NCBI RefSeq assembly: GCF_964194025.1
Contig: NC_134471.1
Span: 62,248,001 to 62,312,000, forward strand
Length of the DNA stretch: 64,000 nucleotides
Source: Convolutriloba macropyga
Lineage: Eukaryota
Reading direction: 5' to 3'
Shown here in pieces: positions 1-12,200 of this stretch (positions are counted from its first letter, which is position 1; each line of letters opens with the position of its first letter). The position numbers and the translations under genes are program-made. The notes beneath the pieces are model-generated. The model saw nothing but the letters and a program-made list of their open reading frames with translations, made no database searches and was not told where the DNA came from.

Positions 1-221
1 CATCGATTCATCATTTGGAATATAAACGGCACAATTTTTTTTTGCTCGATAATCGGCTGTTTGGCCGGTAACATGTTGTTTTATTTCAGATTAATCTCTA
101 ATGTATTCTGTATTTTCACACTGACAGGGAACGGCGTTTGTTGTAACTCTGCAACACGAATTATTTTAACAGCCACAGTGATTCATTAATTAGTTGTTGG
201 GAACATTGCATTGAAATCAAG

Positions 222-262
222 ATGAGCATTGGTAGTGATGAAATTAACTACCTTATATACAG
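222..262 (+). CDS. TBL1XR1: TBL1 coding exon 1 (LisH start)
   Basis: ATG at 222, [14 protein letters not shown], donor AG|GTAAGT at 263. Confidence 0.9.
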
Positions 263-3200
263 GTAAGTTGTTTCCATGTTAAGATTTTTAAAAAACCGTG
301 AATTATGAAAAGACAGACAGTAGTGACGTAAGCAACCAGTAAAATGTTGGTGGCTATTTTTGCCTCTTGATGTCAGTCATAGAATGACAATTGATTTCAC
401 GTGCAATTATCAAATGGTCCAAAATAAAGTCACCATGGTTTCAGTGGTTGGTGCGTTTTCTACGTTTGTTGGACCAAAAATTCTCAACTTTGCATGTGCT
501 TTCGAATCATTTTCACGAATTGGGTGTTTAGCCGTCGCGTTGTTAACAACTATTTTTGTTTCTGAGGTAAAGTTTGTGTTTAATTTCTATCGTTATTGTG
601 TACATTTTGTAGGTATCTTCAGGAGAGCGGCTTCAACCACACTGCGTTTGTGTTTGGAATCGAGTCACACATGTCAGAAACCAACATTAATGGAGGTCAA
701 GTACCGCCAGGTGCGTGCCAATTTTTAATTAATAGCCGCCCTCATCTTCTCAGCCGGCTATTATAGCGCTCCTTTTTTTACAATTCAATGAATTTGAATT
801 GTATTGGGGCGCTGTCTTTTTTTACGACTCGAAGAGGAGTATTGGAGAAGTCCTTTTTTTAAATCAATTTTTGGAGTGAATTTTGAAGCGGGAAATGAAA
901 CGCGAAAAATTTGGAGTGATTTTGGTGCTGAACAAAGTGAAGAGCGGAGCGAAAAGAGAGTGGTTTTTGATCATACAGCTGTTTTTGAGAGAGCGAGAAA
1001 TTGATGTGTGAAAATTTTTTTTCTAAGCGAGCGAATTTTTTTTTGTTCACGTGCGGCTTTTAAAAGCAGTTTTCTTGCAACTTTTGATGGTTATGAGGTT
1101 TGATTATTATATTGTATTAGTTTTAGGTTTGTTTTGATAGGAATTGAAGGTTTCAAGTAGTTAATTTGATTTTTAATGCTAATTTGGAGGTTTTTGATCA
1201 GTTTTGCTGAATTTCAGACGAAATTTAATGAGTTTTTACCTGTTTTTTTTTGTTTTACTGCTTTAAGTGGGATTTGAATAGAAGCATGTTACTTAAGGAA
1301 TTGTCAGATACCAATTAACTAAAGTTTAGTTGGTATAAATTATTTTTCTCTAAGGAAAAATGACCTAAGAGAAATTTTAAACCATTTTTCTCATTTTTTG
1401 CAGTTTTCTTTTTTAAAAATCTTACACAAGTGTCTTACCCACCCTATTATAACTTGCCCATTGTTTTGCGTGTTTTTAATTGCTCTAATCGCAAAGGAAC
1501 CTTATTCGATTTTAAGTTTTCTTGTGGTATTGAAAAAAACTCATTTAGTTTTTATAGTTTTTTGTTTTTGAATGCCGTTTCTATTCCCTAATTTTTTATG
1601 GCATTTGTGGAGTTTTAGGGTTCATAATAGTTGTTTTAGTTGTTTAGTAATAAGTATGGGCAATTTTGGATATGAATAATTTTTTGGTTTGAGAAATATG
1701 ACAAAAAAATGGCAAAAATTGGAACCATATTTCTTAATTTTTTTTTGCAGTTTTTCGGGTTTTTTTTCTGTTTTTTTTTTTAGAAAAGTTTCTTAAGGTT
1801 TTTGTAGGTTTTTGGAGGTTTTTGATCAGTTTTGCTGATTTTCAGACGAAATTTAATGATTTTTTACCTGATTTTTTGTTTTACTGCTTTAGGTGGGATT
1901 TGAATAGAAGCATGTTACTTAAGGAATTGTCAGATACCAATTGACTAAAGTTTTGTTGGTATAAATTATTTTTTCTAAGGAAAAATGACCGAATAATTGA
2001 GAAATTTTAAACAATTTTTCTCCTATTTTGCAGTTTTTTTTTTAAAATCTTACACAAGTGTCTTACCCACCCTATTATAACTTGCCCATTGTTTTGCGAG
2101 TTTTTCATTGCTCTAATTGCAAAGGAACCTTATTCGATTTTAAGTTTTCTTGTGGTATTGAAAAAAACTCATTTAGTTTTTATAGTTTTTTGTTTTTGAA
2201 TGCAGTTTCTATTCCCTAATTTTTTATGGCATTTGTGGAGTTTTAGGGTTCATAATAGTTGTTGTAGTTGTTTAGTAATAAATATGGGCAATTTTGGATA
2301 TGAATCATTTTTTGTTTGAGAAATATGACAAAAAATGGCAAAAATTGGAACCATATTTCCTAATTTTTTCGTGCAGTTTTTCGGGTTTTTTTCTGTTTTT
2401 TTTTAGAAAAGTTTCTTAAGGTTTTTGGAGGTTTTGATCAGTTTTGCTGATTTTCAGACAAAATTTAATGATTTTTTACCTGATTTTTGTTTTACTGCTT
2501 TAAGTGGGATTTGGATAGAAGCTTGTTACTTAAAGAATTGTCAGGTTAGTAATAAGTATGGGCAATTTTGGATATGAATCATTTTTTGTTTGAGAAATAT
2601 GACAAAAAAATGGCAAAAATTGGAGCCATTTTTCTTAATTTTTTTTGCAGTTTTTCGAGTTTTTTTCTGTTTTTTTAGACAAGTTTCTTAGACTATTATG
2701 ACTTGTATATTGTTTTGAGAGCATCTGGATGCACTATTGTCTGAAAAGAATTTTTCTTTGGTTTTATATGCTTTTGTAATATTAAGACACTTAACTTTTT
2801 CCAGTTTTTTAGTGCAAGTTGTTTTTAAGAGCTTTTTCATAATTTGGCCTCAAGTTTTTTTAAAACATTCACCTTAGTGGTTTTAGTAAGTACTAGTTGT
2901 TTTGATGAAGAAATTTTGGCAGAGATAGTTATTTCGGGATCACAAAATGACAAAATTTGATCAGATTTTTTTAATCATATTTTAACAGATTTGATTTTTT
3001 TTGGTTTTTACGTTTTTGTTTTATGGTTTGGTTTCAAGAAAATCAAAAATTAGTGGAGGCAATTTTTTTTGATAGGTAGTTGGATGGCGATTAAATAAAT
3101 TTTCACTTCGAGTCGTATCCGGAATTCTTCCGGCTAGGTTTTTTTTAAGATCTGTTCACACATTTTCATGATTTTTGAAGTCAAATTGGAGTAGTGATTT

Positions 3201-6200
3201 TGATCACGCCGAAACAGGAAGTGGAGCGAAAAAGCGAGTGGTTTTTCGTTGTGAATTTTTTTGGCTCTAATTTTATGGTAGAGTGAGAAAACGGTGCTCG
3301 AACAGAAATTCGCTTTCTCGCTAGTGGTTTTTTGTTCACATGCGACAATTTCACTTTGACTTTTACTGTTTTTTCGGTTTTTTTGGATCAGAGTTATTTC
3401 TAAATGGTTTTCCCAATCCATTCATAGTTCATTATAGGCCTAGTTTTTATGTCTCAACCAATTTTCCATTTCTCGCCAGGGGTTTTTGTCCACATGTGGC
3501 ATTTTGGCGTTTATTTCTTTTTTTTAAAATTTTTTTGCTGTGATTTTTTTGAAATGGTTTTCCCAATTCACTCATAGTCCGTTCTAGGTCTAATTTTTTG
3601 TTAAGTCAATGAAAATTCTTTGAATTGTACTTCAGGACTTATCCTGCTATGTTTTTTTACTTCGTCGAACTTTTTTTCGCTTTACCTTTTTGCCGCTTTT
3701 TCGACATTTTGCGTGAAATTTTTTTGACTTCTCTAGGCTACTTTCACTCTTCTATCATTCTGCTCAAAGTCCTTTTAAACAGCCGCTCAGCAAAGTAATT
3801 CAAAATGAAGAGAGTCAGTATAAAAAATCAAAGTCAGAAATAGAAACGGGATAAACCCATAAAACCCATTTTTAGATGCCCGGTACTTGAAATTTGTTCT
3901 CATAAGTTTTAGTTACTATCTATAATGCTTATTAGTATTGATACTAGAGCCTGTAGCCTCTCCTTGAGAGACAGGAGTATGTTCAACTACGAAATGACAT
4001 CAAAATAAATCGCACTTAAAAATGTTTTCGTACAAAAATTAATATTTGTTGATATTTTCTTTTCTTTCAATCCCAATAGAGTTATGGGAATCAACGGCGG
4101 CTATTTTCCGGCAATCTGCCGGGTGTGTTTGTTATTTGGAAAGGTAATAAATGTTCATAAGAATTGTGACATATCTGAGAAGTATGTGCAGAAATTCTAT
4201 TGGAAACTTTTTTCATACTTTTTTGAAAATTGTTTTCCAGCTTGTAAGGAATTTCACTGACGATTAACATAAGATGCTGCGTGAAGAACGTCTTTAACAG
4301 CAATGTTTTGCCAAATACTCGAAAACAAGTCATCAAAATGGTGCGTAAATTGTTCATGTTAAAATAGGTGCTCTGATCAGCATAATTCAGAAGGGAATGC
4401 AGTATGTGGAGGCAGAGATCAGCACGAATGAGGATGGAAGTATAAATGACAATCTGCAGTTGACTGATAACCTCTCACTCATAGATGCAGTCATGCCTGA
4501 CATTGTGCAACAGACCAGAACAGCTGGAAATCAGGTCACAATTTAACTTTTCTACCTAAATATAACAGTTTCATGGTAAATTATGAGGGATATATTCTGG
4601 CTCGTCCTTCCCCAGTACCGTTTATCATCCCATTATCAATTCTTAAATGCTCGCGAACGAAGTTTGAAGCAATATTGTAATCGTGTATCCCGATTTTTAT
4701 GCCAAATTCTTGCTTGACCGCTTTTAATTTTTCGCGTGATTTATCAGGCTTGACATCTTGATTTTTGTGTAATCATAATTGTGCTCTCATTCAGATTTTT
4801 AAGCAGCTGAACTCATTTGGAGCCAATAACCACTAAGAGTCAAATGGAAAGATTACCGAAAATGGTTTTTTTCAAATTGCCGAGAAGCGATAGCGAGGTT
4901 ATCATTGGTTTGGTCTCGTGTCTTTTTTTTTACAATTCAAAGAATTGGAACTGTATTGGCGCGCTGTTTTTAGAGAAATATTTTTAATTGCCTGGCGCTG
5001 TCTTTCAAGACTTGTGAAAACTGTTTTTACTTCATGTAGTGATTGGAGTCTCCCCCCAAAAATAAAGCAAGCGAAAAAGCAAAATGCTTTTAACTTCAAA
5101 TTGCTTTTACAGTTCGAAAAGGGTGTTTGTAAAAATTGTTTAGTATAGAGTTATTTTTTCGTTCAAATGCATCAATGTAATTGTTTTTAGTGGTAAGAAA
5201 TGAGGGGTCTGTCGCCCACTTTTTGTTTGACTCATTTCAAATATATATGTATAATACATGTTGTGGCTTTGTGTGGCACAGCGAAGCCTTAGGCTTGATT
5301 TGGAGCCATTCCGAGCTCAAAAGACTAAATTTCAAAATGAGTCAAAAAGTGGGCGACAGACCCCCCATTTCTTACTACTGTTTTTATTTTTTCATTTATA
5401 TCGCATCAATGTGCAAAAGGGTGTTTGTAAAAATTGTTTAGTTTAGAGTTATTTTTTCGTTCAAATGCATCAATGTGATTTTTTTAGTAGTAAGAAATGA
5501 GGGGGTCTGTCGCCCACTTTTTGACTCATTTCAAATATATATGTATAATACATGTGGCTTTGTGTGGCACAGCGAAGCCTTAGGCTTGATTTTGAGCCAT
5601 TCCGAGCTCAAAAGACTAAATTTCCAAATGAGTCAAAAAGTGGCCGAGAGACCCCCCATTTCTTACTACTGTTTTTATTTTTTCATTTATACCGAGCAGA
5701 TGATTTGCTAATGGCTTTCAATAACTATTCCCAGTTAATTCAAAATAAAGTTGCTTTGTTTTTCATTGAAAATTCTTTAATTTTTACTTCAGGAGTGCTT
5801 CGATTTCAATTGCTATTGAGCTTCAGTCTATCACGCTGGACGTCGCGGGTTCGAACCCCTTACTGGTCGAAATTTTTTTAATTCTTAAAATGCGAACAAT
5901 ATTTAATTAGTCTGGCTATAACTTTTCTCTGAAAACGTTTCAAATTTTGGCACAAGTATGTTTTGGATTGCACTTTTGAACGCTAATGTGTAAAGGGTAA
6001 CTTCAGGTTATAAATTTTTTGTTTTTCTGCGTATTTGCTTAGCCAAGTAAAGCATATACGCATTCTCGATTAATATTTTATTTTTTTACAGCCACTTTTT
6101 TTTTAATTGTGTTTGACAAAAATATGCTTGTGAAGAGCACCGAAAAGTGTCTTTCGATATTTTATCATGTTTCTCTTTCGGATTTGTTTTTCTGAATTTG

Positions 6201-9200
6201 AAGACTTTTTTTCCACTTTTGTAGTCTCATAGTTGTTTTAAGCATTTTTGAGTAGGTAAAGCAGATCAAGAAGGGTTGTAATTTTTGTTTGGTAGCTTGC
6301 TTCGAAGAGAATCTTTTTTTCGAAGAACAGTTGCAAGTATTATCGAAAGTTTTTGTTCCGACCACTATAGTTGAGGATGAACTAATTACTCAGCTGGGTT
6401 TTTTTAGCCTATCGATTTTAGTTAATTTTAGCCGATCGATGTATTAATTGAGAGGTGTTAGTGCTTTCATTTTAAAAGGCTGCCAGGTTCAAAATTTGTG
6501 AGCATTCGAAACATATCCGTTAGTCGATCTCATAAGTTTTGCTCAAAGTTGTTCACAGTATTGTTAATGGTTTTGTCTATAAACAGAGAAGAGGGTTGCT
6601 GCATTGTTTCACCTGACAATTTTAGCTCCGAAGTTTCATAATTCAACCTTTTTTAGTCAAAAATGGCACCAAATATGTTTCTTTAGCCTTTTTTTCAAAT
6701 TTGACGAAAGAGACCTAAAAAGTGCTGGCACATTTCTGGATAAACCCAGAAGAGTGCTGAATTTACTTTTCTGTCCTTTATGATTGTTATGCGCCGGTTT
6801 TTTTGCGAACATAAAGTAATCATTATAGGAATTGCATCATTTTTTGGTGTTGAAGTTTGTTTTTGCCAAATTATCAATATATGTTTCAATTCAAACAATT
6901 ATCTGTTATTATTGAGCGCACATCAATTTAAAGACCAGTCTGGTTGGTCTCATCGTGGTTTTTGACAAAGAAAATTTGTTATGATTCTATTGGGGCGATG
7001 CTGTTTTTAAAAACTGTTTTAGCATTTGTTTTTCTCTGTTTATTACAGACCAGAATAGTCTCATAGCAGGGATCAACCATTGACATCTCATCAAAATGTT
7101 TTCCCCATGATCATATATGTTTTAAAGAAAAATTAATGGTTTTTTTGGCTTCCATCAAGTGTTTTTGTAAACTTTAAATGAGTGTGTTGCCCGCTTTTGT
7201 TCTATTTGTTGTCTCATGACCGAGTATAAAAAGATCCAGTTGGATCTCCCAGATGGTATAAGTTGAACTATATAATGCTTTCAGATTATACCTAATGGCT
7301 CGCATGTCTTTGAAAGTATTTGTTCTAAGAAGATCTCATTTATCTGTGAACTTTGGCACTTATTTCTGAGTTCTATAAACTTGCTGCTTAGTCTCAGTAA
7401 ATACACTTTCATCTTTCTCGATAATGAGAGTTTAATCACTCTGGCAGTTGTTATCTTAACGAGTTTTGACATTTGCAATTTTTGAAATTGTTTGTTTTTG
7501 GCTAGTCAATTTACAATCTTTATAATATTTTCATTGGTTTTGAAAAACAAAACGAAATTGAACAAATAAAATGTGTTAAGTAAATAGCGTACGGTTTTAA
7601 CGGCTTTGAATCTGTTTCCTTGCGAAATGTAATTGAAATTGATTTTTTCCTATTTTTTGTCTTTCTTTTTGTAGTCGTATCACATTCTGGATAATGGCTG
7701 GTCTCGGTGTCTTCCTCTGGAGACCTAATTAGTTCTAGTCAACGGTTTGAAAGATGATAAAATTAATGACCTTCAAGAAAACTGTTTTTGAACATTTTTT
7801 TTCGATTTTATTGAACTCTCTTCTCCTTTTTGACAACTAGTACCTAAGTCTCAATATATACATGTCCCATCCAATTTTTTGTGAAGCAACTATTATTTCC
7901 TTTAATGTTTTTTGTTGCAGCTGATAGTGGCTTTATGGCTTTGACACTGTTAAAAAAATTAGTTCTTCATACCGGTCGATTCGTTTTTTTAATTTTCGGT
8001 CGAGTCTTAAAAGTCAGTGTCCACTAATGAGAGGCAGATTTGCCTCTATCAGGTTACAAGTTAGTTTTTTGTTTGATTGTTGAAAATTTATGATTGTTTT
8101 TGCTTTTGATATTAATTCATTTGAAAAACCAATGAACTTTGAAATTAGCAAATTTTTTAAATATTTTTTTTTTGCGAACTTGTAGTATATTCAAAGTAAA
8201 TCCCAGGTTGCATCTTCCTCTGCGGGGAAAAATTTTTTTTATGCCAGTTGCTTTTTTAGGGGTTTTGTTGTTTTGATACTTCAATTTTTCATGGAAGTTT
8301 TTCAGGGAATATTTATGGATGTTTGACCATTTTTGTTTTCTCGTCATATTACAACATTAATGGCGGTTTCCATCGGCTTTGAACATGAGAGCAGTTAAAC
8401 CTATATAAAATCTTCTGTGAATAAATTGTGGGGAACGGCTTCGACACCGTTTTTTCACAAAGTTAAACTGAACTTGTGATTTTTTGATGTAGCTTGTTTG
8501 TAGTCGTGTGACATTTGGTGGATGACATGTGGGAGGTTAAAAGAACTTATTTAAGTTGATTTCAGTTGATATCTAATGTTTTTATCGACTTTGAAATTAA
8601 TTTTTTCCAAAATTTAAACGTGTTTTTAAATTTTGCCCTTTTTGTCGACTTCGTTACGTAGTCGTTTATGCCATTTTGATGTTGTTATTAAATTTTTGAA
8701 ACAAACAGATATTGAGATTTAGTCATAATTAACGTTTGTTGTTAAATGATTTTGTTTGTCCTGTATCCCTGGCAGGTCTCTTCGGCTGTCCAGGTGTCAT
8801 TCTTTAACTCATTATCTTACTAGTGACTGTTCCCAATAGCTTTGATGGGCTACATAAGAATCTATCTAGTATTTTTAGTGGAAAGCTGATGATTGTCATA
8901 TCTTTAACCTTTTTGTTCTTTTCTTGACTTTTTACCGAGTCTCAATAAAGACCGGTCCTATTGGCTTTGAACTCAAAATCAAGTTGATTGGTTCAGTTTA
9001 GATTTTATCTGATGCTACTTTGACTTTGTTCGTGATTTTTCATTTTAAAAATTTGATTTTGAGTTTGACAGTAATGAATTTGTTTGTTTGGTTGTTTGTC
9101 CAGTCTCGCAGTCTTACTAATGGCAGGTATCCTCGATTCTCCAATGAGATATTATCTAATTAATTTAAAGGGTTGCTTTTGAAAATTTTACTCATTAATC

Positions 9201-12200
9201 AACTAATTTCGAACAGTATGTATATTTTGAAAGCTTTCTTTCTCTTCCTCATTTGGTAGTCAATTAGGTCAAAAATGTGGATGAGCGGGTCCGGATCATT
9301 ATGAGCCTTCTTGTTGTTCCGACCCACTTGTGGGGGGAGGAACTATATACTCAAATGGTTTTTTTTTTGTTCCGTGAATTATGGCCGATCGATATATTCA
9401 TCGCAGAGAAATGTGAGTGGTATCATTAAAAAGCTCATCCAGCGTAGAATTGGAAACTTAAAAGATTTTTTTTGATTTTTGCTTTTTTCGAGGAGTTATC
9501 GAGGATTGAAGTTTTTTGTGAACACTAAAAATTTTACATGATTTTGTTCACTTTTAGTGTAATTTTTCGTCAAATTAAGATGTTTTTATAAAATTTTAAC
9601 TCAAAATGAATCAATATTGAGTTCCTAATAGACGAACGGAAGGCGATAGAAAGACCAGTTCTGTTCTCATAGGGAAATGTACTATAAAAAAATCGAATTC
9701 TATTTGAGACCTCTTTTTAGAATTTTTCAATTTTTTTTTCTTCAGTCACCTAGAGACTAGTCACTTTTAATATCGAGGTCCCGTTAATGACAACCTGATT
9801 TACAGTCTAATGAAGTCCAATGAACAAGCAAATTGCTTTCAAGTAATCGCTCGTATTTTTTTTGGCTTCGACTAGTTTTCGTAATTTTAAGTACAATTTT
9901 GATTTTTTTTGAGGCTTTACTAAATTTTATGAATCCTATGGCATGGACTACTTGTTGACGAAAAGTGCAATAGGTTTCGCAATGAGCTTTAATTGCTCCT
10001 ATCTGGAGCTTTGAGTGGACAGCTTATGGCTGTTAAGGCTTTAATAATGATTTTTCGAGAATTTTTTTTAACCTTAAATGATCATAAACTTCTTTTCGTG
10101 AATTTTAACTGAGTCTGAGTAATGACAGGAGCCCCCTCCTTTCTACTGGAACCAAAATTAATCTGGTTAAAGGTTTTATCTTTCAAGTCTTTGTTATATG
10201 ACTTAAACGCCAGAAGATTTCAAAATTTTAAAAAAAAAAATTGTTTGGATATTTTCAAAATAATGGTTCCTCTTGAAATCTTATCACATTATCCTGATAC
10301 TGAGATCTCCCATTGGCTTAGAGAAACGTTCAATGGATCATTGATAAAGTTTTCAGAGAAAAGCTTGTGGTTTAAATGGCTTCGACACTTTCTTCTCGTA
10401 CTTTTCTGCTGAATTTTTGGTTTTTGCATGTATTTGTTGTTTGTTCCTTAGTCATAAGACTTATTGTGATGTCTTATTGATGATCTATGTTTGAAAAATA
10501 ACCTTCTCCTCAAATGTAGTTATAACTGAGCGTATTTATTGACTTCGTTGAAAGCTATTGATTTTAATGACTGTTCAGACTTTGAAAATGACTTTTCGAG
10601 AAATTTATTTAACATCAACCGATCTTAAGCTTATTTTCGTGAACTGTATGTCCTTCTCAGCAATGACCGGACCCCCTTCCTTTCTACTTGAACCAAGATG
10701 AAACTTGTTAGCGGTTTTATCTTCCAGTTTTTGGTGCTATAACTTCGATGCACGAGTTTTCATAATTTTTTTTTTAATTTTGAATGTTTTTTTTTGTAAT
10801 TTTGGTTCTTTTTGGAATCCAAACACATTATTCTAATACTAATAGTTGCCTTGGCTTCGATAAGAATTTCAATGGATCATTCATCAAATGGTCACAGAAA
10901 AGCTCATGGTTCAAATGGTTTCGACACTTTCTTCTTGCACTTTTCTACTTAATTTTTGGATATTGTCTTTATTTTGTTGTTTTTTTTTCATAGTCGATTA
11001 CTTATCGTACTGTTATATTGATGACTGACGAATATCCAACATCTTTGTGGTCTCATCGAGGCTTTGCTTAGCGTTTTTATTAGCTTGCGTTGAGAGCTAT
11101 TGAATTCTTTGGCGTTGAGACTACGGTTTTTCTCAAAAGTTTCGTTGTTCTAATGTATTTGTTCATGTTTGTTGATTTAGTGGAGTCAAAATGTTAAAAA
11201 GAAGAATTCTATTGCCATTAAAAACCTAAGTGAAACTCGATGAGTTTTACTCAAAAAGTTCATTTTTAATGGCTTCGATATTTTTTCGCTTTTTTTTTAA
11301 TTTGCAGTTTTTTCCTGTTTTTTTTTCATTCTGTAGGTAGCCGTAAAATGCTGCCCGCTCTAATCAACTTGTAATTGAGGATTGAATGAATGATGTTACT
11401 CGAAGCAATCGGTTTATGGCAAATAGTCCTAAATTTTAGGATATTTTACTTTTTAAATATTTTTGAGGAGGTTTTCATTTTTTCAGTTTCTGTTGTTCTT
11501 TTAGTCAACTTACAACTAATTCTCATAATACAATTCCATGTATTGTAAAAATTAACATGTTTACTGATATTATGACGTAACTGACGTTTGCTTGTTGGAC
11601 AATATGCGTTTTCATAAATTATGTGAATGATGTAATGTGTTTCTTTTTCTCTTCTTTTAGCACAATCGCGTAATAACAGATGCCAATGATTTTCAAATGT
11701 TAACCAATTGAACTTATTTATTCATTCAGTATAATTTTAGTTAAAATTGTATAAACAGAAATTGAACTTAAATACATAATGTGACATTATTAGTTAATGG
11801 TTTTAATGGCTTCATTAATTTGTTTTTGCGCAATGTTTGTAATTTGTTGTTCGTAATTTTTGAGCTTTTCTGCATCATTAGTCCTTTTCTATGGATCAGT
11901 CTAACCAGCGACGGGTGCTATTGGTTTCATGCTGACTTTCTAATAAAGTTTTCATGAGTTATTTTGTTTAAAGCTAATGATTTTTAATGATTTTGAAGAC
12001 TTTTGAAATTATTTGGTTTAACAAATGTCAATTGATTTTTGAATTTCGCCTCAATATTTCTTTTTTGTCGACTGGTTACCTAGTCCCTTTAAGCAAGATC
12101 CCCATCTGCTGTTTAGTTAGGAAAAAGTAAGTCTTTTTAATGGCAGATCTCGTAATGAGGCATGACATTTTTTCATTCAATTATTAGTTTGGTTACAATT

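Noticed and set aside
360-728. 122-aa ORF
   Set aside because: Mostly intronic and overlaps TBL1 exon 2 in a different frame
5181-5881. Paired similar ORFs suggesting duplicated genes
   Set aside because: Products of a non-coding 298-bp tandem duplication in an intron; no protein-like motifs
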